Positions 39,423 through 49,549 are shown, numbered from the stretch's first letter. The stretch: 64,000 bases of DNA from Burkholderiales bacterium (GCA_035456985.1 DATICE010000162.1:56075-120074); one strand, 5' to 3'. Notes: generated by a model not told the origin, from the sequence alone. A program made the numbers and translations.

Positions 39423-39914
39423 TTACCCATTATCCGTTTCGCGAAGCCTGATCATGCCTGAGGCGTCCACATTGCGCACGAGATCGGCGATGCGCCCGCG
39501 TCCAGGCACCACTGCGTCAGGCGCGATCTCCGCGAGCGGCACCAGCACAAAGGCGCGGTCGAGCATGCGCGGATGGGGAACGTCCAGCGCGGGCTCGCGC
39601 ACGGTCAGCCCGCCGTAGAGCAGGAGGTCGAGGTCGAGCGTGCGCGGCCCATTGGGCACATCGCGCACCCGGCAGTGGGCCCGCTCGATCGCGAGGAGAT
39701 GCTCGAGCAGCTCGCGCGCCGCAAGCCGCGTCTCGATTTCCGCCACTGCGTTGACGAAATCCGGCTGGTCGAGGACTCCAGTGGGCGGGTTGCGATAAAG
39801 CGACGAGCGCCCCACGAGCCGGGTCCCGGGCAGGGCCGCGAGCGCCTGCAGCGCGCGGCGGATCTGGGCCGGGGGGTCGTCGAGGTTGCTCCCAAGAGCG
39901 ACAAAAGCAGTCAC
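39423..39914 (-). CDS. folK: 2-amino-4-hydroxy-6-hydroxymethyldihydropteridine diphosphokinase
   Basis: Motifs ALGSNLDDP..GPRTLDLDLLLYG..PHPRMLDRAFVLVPL. I chose the start at GTG 39914 ((M)TAFVALGSNL), which matches the usual FolK N-terminus and length of about 160 aa. Alternatives at ATG 39944 or GTG 39965 would translate the heptamer repeat. Confidence 0.85.
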   Translation of the reverse strand: MTAFVALGSNLDDPPAQIRRALQALAALPGTRLVGRSSLYRNPPTGVLDQPDFVNAVAEIETRLAARELLEHLLAIERAHCRVRDVPNGPRTLDLDLLLYGGLTVREPALDVPHPRMLDRAFVLVPLAEIAPDAVVPGRGRIADLVRNVDASGMIRLRETDNG

Positions 39915-39937
39915 GACTGACGGCTGACGGCTGACAG
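39910..39937. repeat. Four tandem heptamers GTCACGA CTGACGG CTGACGG CTGACAG in the pcnB-folK spacer
   Basis: Read directly. The TGA-containing strand here is antisense to the flanking genes. Confidence 0.85.
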
Positions 39938-39961
39938 GCGTCATCCTTCCGCCTTCTGCCT

Positions 39962-41332
39962 TCACAGTCCGGCGCCCGGCGGCACACCGCCGTGTCCCGG
40001 GGCGCCGCCTGTGCCGCGCGGCCCGCGCCGCCGTCTGCGGCGGCGCTTGCGCGGCCCGGCCTCCCCGGTCAGCATCTGGGCGCGCTCGGACTCACCCGCG
40101 CGCTGGAAGCGCTCCCACCATTCGCCAAGCGCAGGCTCGACCTCGCCGCTTTCGCAGCGCAGGCGCAGGAAATCATAACCGGCCCGGAAGCGCGGGTGCT
40201 CGAGCAGACGGTACGGGCGCTTGCCGGCGCGCTGGTGGAAACGCGGCTGCATCGCCCAGATCTCCCGCATGTCGGCGCCATGACGGTGCGGTATCGCGAG
40301 CTTCCCGGCCTGGGCCCGCATGACGTGATCCATCGCCTGGTAGAGGGCGGGGATCGGCGGCCCGCCCTTCTCCTCCAGTACCTTCCATTCGGCGAGAACC
40401 TCGGGCCACAGCAGCGCCGCGAACAGGAATCCCGGCGACACCGGCTTGTCCACCCTCACCCGCTCGTCCGTGCCTTGGAGCGCGGCGATGACGAAGCGCT
40501 CGCCCGCCGCCCTGCCCATGGCGGCGTCGAGCAGCGGCAGCACGCCGTGGTGCAGCCCTTCCCTGCGCAGCTGCGCGACGCCCTCCGCGGCATGTCCGGA
40601 CATCAGCAGCTTCAGCATCTCATCGAGCAGGCGCGAAGGTGGCACGTGCGCAAGCAGCCCGGCGAGCCGGCGGATCGGCCGGCGCGTCGCCGCGTCGATT
40701 TCGAGCCCGCGGCTCGCCGCGAGCCGCACCGCGCGCAGCATTCGGATGGGGTCCTCCCGGTAGCGCTTCTCCGGGTCGCCGATCATGCGCAGCCGTCGCT
40801 TGAGGAGGTCGGGAACGCCGCCGTGGTAATCCCAGATCTCCTGGGAGGACGGGTCTAAGAACAGCGCGTTGATGGTGAAATCGCGGCGCGTCGCGTCCTG
40901 CTCCTGGGTGCCGAACACGTTGTCGCGCAAAATTCTTCCGTGCTCGTCCGCGACGCGCTCTCCCTCTTCCTCCACCGGGTTCGAGCCGCGGAACGTGGAG
41001 ACTTCCACCAACTCCGGCCCGCACATCACGTGCACCAGGCGGAAGCGCCGCCCGATCACCCGCGAGCGCCGGAACAGCCCGCGCACTTCCTCGGGCGTGG
41101 CGTCGGTCGCGATGTCGAAATCCTTGGGCCTGCGGCCGAGCAGCAGATCGCGCACCGCGCCGCCAACGACGAAGGCTGCGAAGCCATGGCGCTGCAGCGT
41201 CTGCGTCGTGCGCAGCGCGCAAGAGCTGATCGCATCACGGCCGACGCCATGCGCGCCGTGCGCGATGATCTTGGGCTGCGACGACCCGAACAGCTGACCG
41301 GAGAAGACCTTGCCGAGGAAACGCCTGATCAC
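39962..41332 (-). CDS. pcnB: Poly(A) polymerase I
   Basis: 456-aa ORF reading FVVGGAVRDLLLGRRPKDFDIATDATPEEV..RRDFTINALF, with a basic Arg-rich C-terminus. Confidence 0.9.
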   Translation of the reverse strand: MIRRFLGKVFSGQLFGSSQPKIIAHGAHGVGRDAISSCALRTTQTLQRHGFAAFVVGGAVRDLLLGRRPKDFDIATDATPEEVRGLFRRSRVIGRRFRLVHVMCGPELVEVSTFRGSNPVEEEGERVADEHGRILRDNVFGTQEQDATRRDFTINALFLDPSSQEIWDYHGGVPDLLKRRLRMIGDPEKRYREDPIRMLRAVRLAASRGLEIDAATRRPIRRLAGLLAHVPPSRLLDEMLKLLMSGHAAEGVAQLRREGLHHGVLPLLDAAMGRAAGERFVIAALQGTDERVRVDKPVSPGFLFAALLWPEVLAEWKVLEEKGGPPIPALYQAMDHVMRAQAGKLAIPHRHGADMREIWAMQPRFHQRAGKRPYRLLEHPRFRAGYDFLRLRCESGEVEPALGEWWERFQRAGESERAQMLTGEAGPRKRRRRRRRGPRGTGGAPGHGGVPPGAGL

Positions 41333-41339
41333 GGGATCC

Positions 41340-42002
41340 TTACTCGAGCGTGATGATCGGCCAGCCGCCGCGCTCGGCGCGCGACCGCAGCGCCGCGTCC
41401 GGGTCCACCGCGACCGGGTGGCTCACGCGCTCGAGGAGCGGCAGATCGTTATGGGAGTCGCTGTAGAACCACGATTCGGAAAAGTCGGCGAGCGCGCCGC
41501 CCCGCTCCGCGAGCCACGCTTCGAGCCGCGTGACCTTGCCCTCGCGGAAGCACGGCGTCCCGCTCACCCTGCCCGTGAATTCCCCGTTCCGCTCTTCGGG
41601 ATCGGTCGCGATCAGCTCCGCAATGCCGAACTCGAGCGCGATTGGCGCAGTGACGAAGCTGTTGGTGGCCGTGATCATCACGCGCAGGTCGCCGCGGTGG
41701 CGCTCGACGAGGGCGCGCGCCTTGTCCCGGATCAGGGGGCGGATCTTCAACTCCATGAACTCGCGATGCCAGTCCGCGAGCTGCGACCGGGGGTGGCGCG
41801 ACAGCGGCATCAACTGGAAATTGAGGAAACTGTGGATGTCCAGGGTGCCGGCCTGGTAATCCCGGAGAAAGTTCAGGTTGTGGGCCTCGTAGACCTCGCG
41901 GTCGACCACGCCCTGCTCGATCAAAAACTGCGCCCACTCGAAATCGCTATCACCCGCGAGCAGCGTATTGTCTAGATCGAACAGGACCAGCCGCTGGTTC
42001 AA
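41340..42002 (-). CDS. HAD-IB family hydrolase (SerB-like phosphatase)
   Basis: 220-aa ORF reading [37 protein letters not shown]. Confidence 0.8.
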   Translation of the reverse strand: MNQRLVLFDLDNTLLAGDSDFEWAQFLIEQGVVDREVYEAHNLNFLRDYQAGTLDIHSFLNFQLMPLSRHPRSQLADWHREFMELKIRPLIRDKARALVERHRGDLRVMITATNSFVTAPIALEFGIAELIATDPEERNGEFTGRVSGTPCFREGKVTRLEAWLAERGGALADFSESWFYSDSHNDLPLLERVSHPVAVDPDAALRSRAERGGWPIITLE

Positions 42003-42727
42003 TCGCGCGCCCCCGCCGCCGCATCTCCCGTCCTCGACCCCGCATCCTGCCGGCCGGCGGCGTGCAGCAGCTCCCGCGCCAGCGGGACGGTGACCGGACG
42101 GCGGGTCTCGAGCGAGTAGCGATCGAGTGCGTCGAGCGTGGCGAGCAGCGTGGGCAGGTCGCGCCGCGCCCGTGTCAGCAAGTAATCGGACACCTCGGGT
42201 GCAAGCTGGAAGCCGCGGCTCGCGGCGCGGTCCGCGAGCGCTTGCGCCTTGTTCTCGTCGGTGAGCGCGTGGACCTGGTAGACGAGGCCCCAGGCGAGGC
42301 GGGTCGTCAGATCCTCGCGCAGTTTCAGCTGCGCCGGCGGCTCGCCGGCGCTCGCGAGCACTACGCCGCCATGTTCGCGGAGCGCGTTGTAGAGGTCGAA
42401 CACCGCGACCTGTCCTTCGCTGTCGAGCCGGTCCACGTCGTCGAGCGCGACGCAGTCCATGCGCTCGAGCCCGGCTTCGATGCGGCTACCCGCGGCGCAG
42501 GCGAGGTAGCTGGCGGCTGCTCCTTCGCTCCGCAGCGCGGCGACGGTTGCCCGGAGCAGATGGCTGCGGCCGCATCCCGGCCGCCCCCAGAGGAAGAAGC
42601 AACGCTCGCGCGCGTTCCCCGCCGCAAGCCGCTTCAAATTGCCGAGCAGCTCGCCGTTCAACCCGGCGACGAAATTATCGAGCGTGGGCTGCGGCGGGAT
42701 GGCGAAATCGAGCGCGAGCTGTTTCAT
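41999..42727 (-). CDS. hda: DnaA regulatory inactivator Hda
   Basis: From ATG 42727 it reads [48 protein letters not shown]. The 610-aa track ORF is an antisense extension across purM. Confidence 0.85.
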   Translation of the reverse strand: MKQLALDFAIPPQPTLDNFVAGLNGELLGNLKRLAAGNARERCFFLWGRPGCGRSHLLRATVAALRSEGAAASYLACAAGSRIEAGLERMDCVALDDVDRLDSEGQVAVFDLYNALREHGGVVLASAGEPPAQLKLREDLTTRLAWGLVYQVHALTDENKAQALADRAASRGFQLAPEVSDYLLTRARRDLPTLLATLDALDRYSLETRRPVTVPLARELLHAAGRQDAGSRTGDAAAGARD

Positions 42728-42802
42728 TACGGTAAAATTCGAGGCGCCTATCTTAGCCCAAAATCCGGCCATTCCCGACACGCTCCCACTCGAGAACGTG
42801 GT

Positions 42803-43846
42803 TTGAAGAAGCCCGCCGCCCCCCTCACCTACCGCGACGCCGGCGTGGACATCGACGCCGGGGACCGTTTGGTCGAGAACATCAAGCCGTTCGCGAAGAA
42901 GACCCTGCGCAAGGGCGTGCTCGCCGGAATCGGCGGATTCGGCGCGTTGTTCGAAATCGCCCGGAGCCGCTATCGCGAGCCGGTGCTGGTCGCGGGTACC
43001 GACGGGGTCGGCACCAAGCTGAAGCTCGCATTCGAGCTGAACCGCCACGCCTCCATCGGCATCGATCTCGTGGCGATGAGCGTCAACGACATTCTGACCC
43101 TCGGGGCGGAGCCGCTGTTCTTCCTCGACTACTACGCGTGCGGCCGGCTTGACGTCGCGACCGCGACCGAGGTTGTCAAGGGCATCGCCGCAGGCTGCAG
43201 ACAGGCCGGCTGCGCGCTGATCGGCGGCGAGACCGCGGAAATGCCCGGCATGTACACCCCCGGCGAGTACGACCTGGCGGGATTCGCGGTAGGCATCGTC
43301 GAGAAGCGCCGCATTATCGACGGCTCCGGCATTGCCGAGGGGGACGTCGTGCTCGGGCTGGCCTCGAGCGGCGCGCATTCCAACGGCTACTCGCTGATCC
43401 GCAAGATCGTCGCGGTCAAGGGCGTGGACCTGTCGGCGCCATTCGATGGTCGTGCGTTGAGCGATGTGATGCTCGAACCCACCCGGATTTACGTGAAATC
43501 GGTCCTGAAATTGATCAAGGGCGGCGCCGTGAAGGGCCTCGCTCACATCACCGGCGGCGGCATCGTCGAGAACGTTCCGCGCATGCTGCCCGCGCGGCTG
43601 GCGGCGCGCATCGAGCGCGCGGCGTGGCGGCTGCCGCCGCTGTTCCAGTGGCTGAAGGAGGAAGGCGCCATCGACGATACCGAGCTCTACCGCGTGTTCA
43701 ATTGCGGCATCGGCATGGCGGTGGTCGTCGCGCCCGCGCACGCCGCAAGGGCGCTGAGGACCCTCAAGGCCGCGGGCGAGACCGCGTGGCGCATTGGCCG
43801 CATCGTCAGGCGGGCCCGGAACGAACCGCAAGTCGATATCGTCTGA
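42803..43846 (+). CDS. purM: Phosphoribosylformylglycinamidine cyclo-ligase (AIR synthetase)
   Basis: Motifs [56 protein letters not shown]. The start is inferred at TTG 42803, with no in-frame ATG nearby. The upstream part of the track ORF is antisense to hda. Confidence 0.9.
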   Translation: MKKPAAPLTYRDAGVDIDAGDRLVENIKPFAKKTLRKGVLAGIGGFGALFEIARSRYREPVLVAGTDGVGTKLKLAFELNRHASIGIDLVAMSVNDILTLGAEPLFFLDYYACGRLDVATATEVVKGIAAGCRQAGCALIGGETAEMPGMYTPGEYDLAGFAVGIVEKRRIIDGSGIAEGDVVLGLASSGAHSNGYSLIRKIVAVKGVDLSAPFDGRALSDVMLEPTRIYVKSVLKLIKGGAVKGLAHITGGGIVENVPRMLPARLAARIERAAWRLPPLFQWLKEEGAIDDTELYRVFNCGIGMAVVVAPAHAARALRTLKAAGETAWRIGRIVRRARNEPQVDIV

Positions 43847-43848
43847 TC

Positions 43849-44505
43849 ATGTCCGTGGCTGAAAAGACGCTGGTCATCCTGATCTCCGGGCGCGGCAGCA
43901 ACATGGAAGCAGTGCTCGATGCGCGGCTGCCGGCGCGCGTCGCCGCCGTCGTCAGCAACAGCCCGCAGGCGCGCGGCCTCGGCGTTGCCGCCCGGCGCGG
44001 CATCGCGACCGCAGTGGTCGATCACCGCGCGTTTCCCGACCGCGCCGCGTTCGAGGCGGCGCTCGCTGCCGAGATCGACCGCCACCGGCCGGACCTCGTC
44101 GTGCTGGCGGGTTTCATGCGCATCCTCACGCCACCTTTTATCGAGCGCTACGAAGGCCGGATCATGAACATCCATCCCTCGCTGCTGCCCGCATTCCCGG
44201 GACTGGATACGCACCGGCGGGCGCTTGAAGCGGGCGTGCGCATTCACGGCTGCACGGTGCACTTCGTCACCCACGCCCTCGACAGCGGGCCGATCGTCGT
44301 GCAGGCCGCCGTGCCGGTGGAAGCCGGCGACTCGGAGGAGCGGCTCGCCGCCCGCGTGCTCGCGCAGGAGCACCGCATTTATCCGCAGGCGATACGTTGG
44401 TTCTGCGAGGGGCGGCTGAGCGTCGGCCGCGACGGTGCCGTCGCAGTGGACGCGGCGGGCACGGCGGTCGGAACATTGACTGCACCGCCGCTCGAAGCGA
44501 GTTGA
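43849..44505 (+). CDS. purN: Phosphoribosylglycinamide formyltransferase
   Basis: From ATG 43849 it reads LVILISGRGSNMEAV..VVLAGFMRIL..IMNIHPSLLPAFPGLDTH..GCTVHFVTHALDSGPI. Confidence 0.9.
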   Translation: MSVAEKTLVILISGRGSNMEAVLDARLPARVAAVVSNSPQARGLGVAARRGIATAVVDHRAFPDRAAFEAALAAEIDRHRPDLVVLAGFMRILTPPFIERYEGRIMNIHPSLLPAFPGLDTHRRALEAGVRIHGCTVHFVTHALDSGPIVVQAAVPVEAGDSEERLAARVLAQEHRIYPQAIRWFCEGRLSVGRDGAVAVDAAGTAVGTLTAPPLEAS

Positions 44506-44512
44506 GGCGACC

Positions 44513-45229
44513 GTGATGAGGTGCCGGACCGTATGGGCGGCAGCCTTCCTGCTCCTTGCGCTTCCCGGCGCGGCGGCCGCGCCCCCGGCGCCTAAGTCCG
44601 TATCGGCGAGCTACAACGTCTTCCGGAACGGCGGGCACGTCGCGGTCATGCGCGAGACTTTCGAGGCGAGCGGCGAGAGCTACCGTATCGTGAGCGAAAC
44701 CCACGCCGTTGGGCTGCTCGCGCTGTTCGCGCCGCATCCCTTGCGGGTGACGAGCAGCGGACGGCTGACTGGCGCCGGGCTCGCGCCGCAGCACTACGAA
44801 TATAAACGGGGTGAGGATGATCCGCGGCGGATACGCGCCGAATTCGACTGGGAGGGAGCGCAGCTCAAGGTCTGGCGCAGCGGCAGGACCGAGACGCTGC
44901 CGTTGCCGCCCGGGACTCAGGATCAGCTATCGATCATGTATCAGTTCATGTATCTCGCGCCCGACCAGCCGCAACTCCTGCAGCTTTCGAGGACCACCGG
45001 CCGCAGGCTGGAGCAACACCGGTACAGCGTCCGCACCGGAGTCGAGATCAAGACCGCGCTCGGGCCCATGACCACCGTGCATCTCGTGCGCCAGCACGAG
45101 CCCAAGGAGAGCGGCATCGAAATCTGGCTCGCGCCGCAGCAACGCTACCTGCCGGTCCGGCTGCTGGTCCGGGAAGACGACGGCTCGCGCTTCGAGCAGG
45201 TCATCACGAAGCTCGAGATCAAGCCATGA
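44513..45229 (+). CDS. DUF3108-like secreted protein
   Basis: 238-aa ORF with a signal peptide (AAAFLLLALPGAAAA) and the pattern SASYNVFRNGGHVAVMRETFEASGESYRIVSET. The family call is from memory of betaproteobacterial purN-downstream genes. Confidence 0.55.
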   Translation: MMRCRTVWAAAFLLLALPGAAAAPPAPKSVSASYNVFRNGGHVAVMRETFEASGESYRIVSETHAVGLLALFAPHPLRVTSSGRLTGAGLAPQHYEYKRGEDDPRRIRAEFDWEGAQLKVWRSGRTETLPLPPGTQDQLSIMYQFMYLAPDQPQLLQLSRTTGRRLEQHRYSVRTGVEIKTALGPMTTVHLVRQHEPKESGIEIWLAPQQRYLPVRLLVREDDGSRFEQVITKLEIKP

Positions 45230-46251
45230 CGACGCGCACGCGCCTCGTCGTCGCCGCCCTGCTCTCTTTCGCCCTTCACGCGATGGTGATTTCAGGCGAG
45301 TGGCTGCCGATTCCGCTTGCGCCGGGGACGCCGCGGCCGCTCGAGGCGCGACTCGCGTACCTGCCGGAACTCAAGCCGGCGGCTCCCAAGCCGAGGATCA
45401 GGGCGCCCCGGCGCATCGCGCCGGTTCCGGCTCCGGAAGTGGCGGCGATCGCGGTCCCGAGCCCGTTTGTCCTGCCGAACGCCCTGGACGACGAGGACAT
45501 GGCGGGGGCCCTGCCCGAGGAACCCGTCGAGCCGGAGCCGCCGCAGCGGCTCGCGCTCGCCGCGCCGACGATCGTTGACGCCGCAACCGCCCACGGTCTG
45601 CCGCGCAGAGGCCGGATTTCCTACACATTGTTCTACGGCGAAGAGCGGCTCTCCGTCGGCAACGTGGTGCAGTCGTGGGAAGCGGGGGCGGATTCCTATC
45701 TGTTGGCAAGCGCAGCCGAGTCGACGGGACTCGTGGAGCTTCTCTGGCCGCAGCGCCTGCGCTACGTGAGCCGCGGGAAAGTGACGCAGCACGGCATGCA
45801 ACCCGAGTCGTTTACGGCAAGCCGCACGCGCCGCGGAAGGAACGAAGTGGCGGAAGCGCGTTTCGACTGGGCGGCCGGAAGTCTCAGCTACGGCCACACG
45901 GAAAACCGGAGAAGCGCACCGCTTCCCGCCGGCGCGCAGGACATCGTGAGCTTCATCTTCCAGATGGTCCTGGCGCCGCCCGCTCCCGGACGCTACCGGG
46001 TGCCGATCACCACCGGCACGCGCTTCGACATTTATGACGTCGAGGTTTCCGCCGAGGAGCGGATCGAGACCCCGCTCGGCGCGTTGCGGGCGCTGCCGGT
46101 CCGGCAACTGCCGCGCTCCGGGGAAGCGACCATCGAGATATGGCTCGCCGCCGACTACCGCTACCTTCCCGTGCGGATCCGTCACTACGACCGCAGGGGC
46201 AATTTCACCGGCGAGCAGATGGTGAACGAGATCCGCGTCAGCGAAGAGTAA
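45226..46251 (+). CDS. DUF3108-like protein with N-terminal TM segment and Pro-rich linker
   Basis: 341-aa ORF. Its C-terminal part is paralogous in pattern to the preceding gene (ISYTLFYGEERLSVGNVVQSWEAGADSYLLASAAEST ... IEIWLAADYRYLPVRI versus IEIWLAPQQRYLPVRL). ATGA start/stop overlap. Confidence 0.55.
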   Translation: MTTRTRLVVAALLSFALHAMVISGEWLPIPLAPGTPRPLEARLAYLPELKPAAPKPRIRAPRRIAPVPAPEVAAIAVPSPFVLPNALDDEDMAGALPEEPVEPEPPQRLALAAPTIVDAATAHGLPRRGRISYTLFYGEERLSVGNVVQSWEAGADSYLLASAAESTGLVELLWPQRLRYVSRGKVTQHGMQPESFTASRTRRGRNEVAEARFDWAAGSLSYGHTENRRSAPLPAGAQDIVSFIFQMVLAPPAPGRYRVPITTGTRFDIYDVEVSAEERIETPLGALRALPVRQLPRSGEATIEIWLAADYRYLPVRIRHYDRRGNFTGEQMVNEIRVSEE

Positions 46252-47544
46252 ATGGCCATCACCCGCGCCCAGCTCGAGGCGGCGACCGAAGCCCTCGGGC
46301 TCGCGCTCAAGTTCGACCGCCCCGCCGATGCGATGCTCCACGATTTCTTCCGGGCCCGCCACGCCCTCGGCAGCCACGACCGGGCATTCATCGCCGAAGC
46401 GGTCTACGGCGTGCTGCGCCGCAAGCGTACTGTGGACCACCTCGCTCCGGGCGGCTCTCCGCGGGGCATGCTGCTTGCCTACCTGGCGCGCGTGCGGGGC
46501 ATCAGCATCCGGGAACTCTCGGACCTATTGAAGCAGGACGAATCATCGTGGCTCTCGGGGATCAAAGCGCAACCGCTCGACGACCTGCCCCTCGCGCTGC
46601 GCGCCGAGTTGCCGGACTGGATCCTCGAGCGGCTCCGCTCCCGTTTTTCCGAACCCGAAATCGCCGCGCTGGCCAGGGGATTGAACGAACCCGCCCCGCT
46701 CGATCTCCGCGTCAACACGCTGCTCACCGGTCGCGAGGAAGTACAGCAGGCGCTCGCCGTCGACGCCGTCGTTAGCGAGCCGACGCCGTATTCGCCGGTC
46801 GGCCTGCGCGTCAAGGGCAGGCCCGCGATCAATCGCCACCCGCTGTTCCTGACGGGCGCCATCGAGGCGCAGGATGAAGGCAGCCAGCTGCTCGGCTTTC
46901 TTCTTGCGCCACGGCGCCACGATCTCGTAGTGGATTTCTGCGCCGGCTCCGGGGGCAAGACCCTCATGCTGGGCGCGCTGATGCACTCCCACGGCCGCAT
47001 CTATGCCTTTGACGTCTCGGTGGTGCGGTTGAGCCGCCTGAAACCCCGGCTCAAGCGTTCCGGGCTCTCCAACGTGTACGCGCAGCCGATCCGCAGCGAA
47101 AATGACATCCGCGTAAAGCGCCTCGCCGGCAAGATCGACCGGGTGCTGGTGGACGCCCCATGCACCGGGCTCGGAACGTTGCGCCGCAATCCCGACCTCA
47201 AATGGCGCCAGTCGCCGCAATCGGTCGAGGAGCTGAAGCTCAAGCAGGCCGCGATCCTGCGCGCGGCGGCGAATCTCGTGAAGCCGGGCGGGCTGCTGGT
47301 TTACGCGACCTGCAGCCTGCTCGCGGAGGAAAACGAGGACATCGTCTCCGCATTCCTCGCAGAACGCGGCGGCTTCCGGACGCTGCACTGCCGGGAGCTG
47401 CTCGAGCAGCAGGGAATCACCCTCGAAACGGGCGAATTTCTCCGATTGTTTCCGCACGTGCACGGCACCGATGGCTTTTTTGCTGCTGCACTGCAACGAA
47501 TTGATGGAACCGGTGGCCCGCGGACCGGTCTTAATAGTCCCTAG
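46252..47544 (+). CDS. RsmB/NOP-family class I SAM-dependent RNA (m5C) methyltransferase
   Basis: 430-aa ORF reading VVDFCAGSGGKTL..VLVDAPCTGLGTLRRNPDLKW..LVYATCSLLAEENE. Confidence 0.85.
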   Translation: MAITRAQLEAATEALGLALKFDRPADAMLHDFFRARHALGSHDRAFIAEAVYGVLRRKRTVDHLAPGGSPRGMLLAYLARVRGISIRELSDLLKQDESSWLSGIKAQPLDDLPLALRAELPDWILERLRSRFSEPEIAALARGLNEPAPLDLRVNTLLTGREEVQQALAVDAVVSEPTPYSPVGLRVKGRPAINRHPLFLTGAIEAQDEGSQLLGFLLAPRRHDLVVDFCAGSGGKTLMLGALMHSHGRIYAFDVSVVRLSRLKPRLKRSGLSNVYAQPIRSENDIRVKRLAGKIDRVLVDAPCTGLGTLRRNPDLKWRQSPQSVEELKLKQAAILRAAANLVKPGGLLVYATCSLLAEENEDIVSAFLAERGGFRTLHCRELLEQQGITLETGEFLRLFPHVHGTDGFFAAALQRIDGTGGPRTGLNSP

Positions 47545-47697
47545 TCAATTGACCCGTATCAGGATATTCCCTCCAAATCATTGTGCTACCGCGTAGGGTC
47601 GGTCCCGGCAAGTGCTCTTTTTGCTATGCCGGGCGGTGGAATTTCTGTAGACTGCGGGCCAGCACGATAACAAAGCAGTAATTCGCTCAGGAGAGCC

Positions 47698-48861
47698 ATG
47701 TTTACAGGCGTTTTTGATCTGCCGTGGTGGGGGTATGTGCTTTACGCGCTCGTGGTTACGCATATCACGATTGCCGCGGTCACCATCTATCTGCATCGCT
47801 GCCAGGCACATCGGGCGCTCGAGCTGCACCCGGCCGTCAGCCATTTCTTCCGTTTCTGGCTGTGGCTCACCACCGGCATGGTGACGAAGGAGTGGGCCGC
47901 GATTCACCGCAAGCACCATGCAAAAGTCGAGACTGTGGACGATCCGCACAGCCCGCAGATTTACGGCATCAAGAAGGTGCTGTGGGAGGGCGCCGAGCTC
48001 TACCGCAAGGAGTCGCGCAATCGGGAAACGCTGGACCGCTACGGCGCTGGCACGCCTGATGACTGGCTCGAGCGCAACCTCTACACCCGGCGCGACAGTC
48101 TCGGTGTCACTGCCCTGTTCCTTATCAACTTTGCCCTGTTCGGTTTCATCGGAATCACCATCTGGGCAGTGCAGATGGCGTGGATTCCGTTCTTCGCCGC
48201 CGGCGTCATCAACGGCATCGGCCACTACTGGGGCTACCGCACGTTCCAGCCGGAGGACACCAGCACCAACATCGTCCCGTGGGGCATGCTCATCGGCGGC
48301 GAGGAATTGCACAACAACCACCATGCGTACCCGACCTCGGCGCGCTTCTCGATCCAGTGGTACGAATTCGACCTCGGCTGGCAGTACATCCGGGCCCTCG
48401 CGCGACTGAAACTCGCCCAGGTCAAGAAGGTCGCGCCCGAATTGAGGCTCGATACTGCGAAGACGCGCTGCGATCTTGCGACGGTACAGTCGGTCATCAC
48501 GCATCGCTACGAGGTGCTGGCCAAGTACGCCCAATCGCTGCGCCGGACCTGCGCCGAGGAAATCCGCGTTCTCAGGACGGGCGCGGCGGGGGTGGACGTT
48601 GGCGCGATCAAGCGCATGCTCCACCGGGATGCAAAAATGATCCCGGCGAACGAGCGCGTCAAGGTGGACGATGCGCTGAGCAAGAGCAAGGTGCTTGCCA
48701 CCGTCTACGCCATGCGCGAGGAACTGGCCGCGCTGTGGCAGCGCTCCAATGCCTCCAAGGAGCAGCTGGTGCGTCAGCTCGAGGACTGGTGCGAGCGCGC
48801 GGAGGCAAGCGGCATCGTCGCGCTGCAGGAATTCAGCCGCCGGCTGCGCTGCTACGCCTGA
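47698..48861 (+). CDS. Membrane fatty-acid (acyl-CoA/lipid) desaturase
   Basis: 387-aa ORF with three His boxes: HRCQAH, HRKHHAKVETVDDPHSP, and HNNHHAYPTS. Confidence 0.85.
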   Translation: MFTGVFDLPWWGYVLYALVVTHITIAAVTIYLHRCQAHRALELHPAVSHFFRFWLWLTTGMVTKEWAAIHRKHHAKVETVDDPHSPQIYGIKKVLWEGAELYRKESRNRETLDRYGAGTPDDWLERNLYTRRDSLGVTALFLINFALFGFIGITIWAVQMAWIPFFAAGVINGIGHYWGYRTFQPEDTSTNIVPWGMLIGGEELHNNHHAYPTSARFSIQWYEFDLGWQYIRALARLKLAQVKKVAPELRLDTAKTRCDLATVQSVITHRYEVLAKYAQSLRRTCAEEIRVLRTGAAGVDVGAIKRMLHRDAKMIPANERVKVDDALSKSKVLATVYAMREELAALWQRSNASKEQLVRQLEDWCERAEASGIVALQEFSRRLRCYA

Positions 48862-48879
48862 AGGCAGATCGCAGGAATT

Positions 48880-48908
48880 AAAAAACCCGCCAAACGGCGG
48901 GTTTTTTG
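48880..48908. terminator. Bidirectional rho-independent terminator (desaturase / rpmG)
   Basis: AAAAAA-CCCGCC-AAAC-GGCGGG-TTTTTTG, located between convergent genes. Confidence 0.85.
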
Positions 48909-48973
48909 TTTCTGGATCCCCGCCTGTGCGGGGATGACGCGGCGGCACGGGGACGTTCGCCGCCCCGCAGCGG

Positions 48974-49129
48974 TCACTTGATCTTTGTCTCTTTATAGAT
49001 CACGTGCTTGCGCGCCACCGGATCGTACTTCTTGATCTCCATCTTGTCCGGGGTGGTGCGCTTGTTCTTGGTCGTGGTGTAGAAGTGGCCGGTGCCGGCA
49101 CTGGATTCAAGCTTGATCTTCTCGCGCAT
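48974..49129 (-). CDS. rpmG: 50S ribosomal protein L33
   Basis: Not in the ORF track because it is too short. My translation is [51 protein letters not shown], with a GGAG Shine-Dalgarno 7 nt upstream. I anchored the coordinates against the frames of overlapping track ORFs. Confidence 0.9.
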   Translation of the reverse strand: MREKIKLESSAGTGHFYTTTKNKRTTPDKMEIKKYDPVARKHVIYKETKIK

Positions 49130-49139
49130 GGCGGGCTCC

Positions 49140-49376
49140 TCAGATTTCCTCGCCGCGCGCGCGCATCTCGGCGAGCACGGTCTCGATTCCCTTGCGGTCG
49201 ATGGTGCGCAGCCCCGCCTGGGACACGCGCAAGCTTACCCAGCGGTTCTCGGCTTCGACCCAGAAGCGGCGATATTGCAGGTTCGGCAGAAAGCGCCGCC
49301 GCGTCTTGTTGTTGGCGTGGGACACGTTGTGCCCCAGCATCGGCTTCTTGCCGGTGACCTGGCAAATGCGTGACAT
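49140..49376 (-). CDS. rpmB: 50S ribosomal protein L28
   Basis: From ATG 49376 it reads [40 protein letters not shown] (78 aa). I trimmed the track ORF (to 49541). Confidence 0.95.
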   Translation of the reverse strand: MSRICQVTGKKPMLGHNVSHANNKTRRRFLPNLQYRRFWVEAENRWVSLRVSQAGLRTIDRKGIETVLAEMRARGEEI

Positions 49377-49549
49377 GGAACGGCTCCGGGGATCTCGAAA
49401 GGCGCGGATTCTACAGGTTTTTCCCCGCTGGCTCAAGAAGTTTCCAGCCGCCAGAACGCCAAGACGAAGATCATCGCCCGGTACTCTCGGAGTCCGGGTG
49501 GCTGATCCACGACATGCAGTGGCCGGCGCACCGCATCGCAACTGCGGAT

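Noticed and set aside
41999-43831. 610-aa minus-strand ORF apparently fusing Hda to a long N-terminal region
   Set aside because: Only the C-terminal 242 codons (from ATG 42727) look like Hda. The upstream part is antisense to the clearly real purM gene.
48916-48935. Hairpin ATCCCCGC-CTGT-GCGGGGAT (context GGATCCCCGCCTGTGCGGGGATGAC) that resembles a type I-E CRISPR repeat from memory
   Set aside because: I found only a single copy in the window, with no spacer-repeat periodicity and no cas genes. It sits between the rpmG stop and the bidirectional terminator, so it is more simply an extra terminator or REP-like hairpin. It would be worth a genome-wide search for the motif, but it is not a CRISPR array here.
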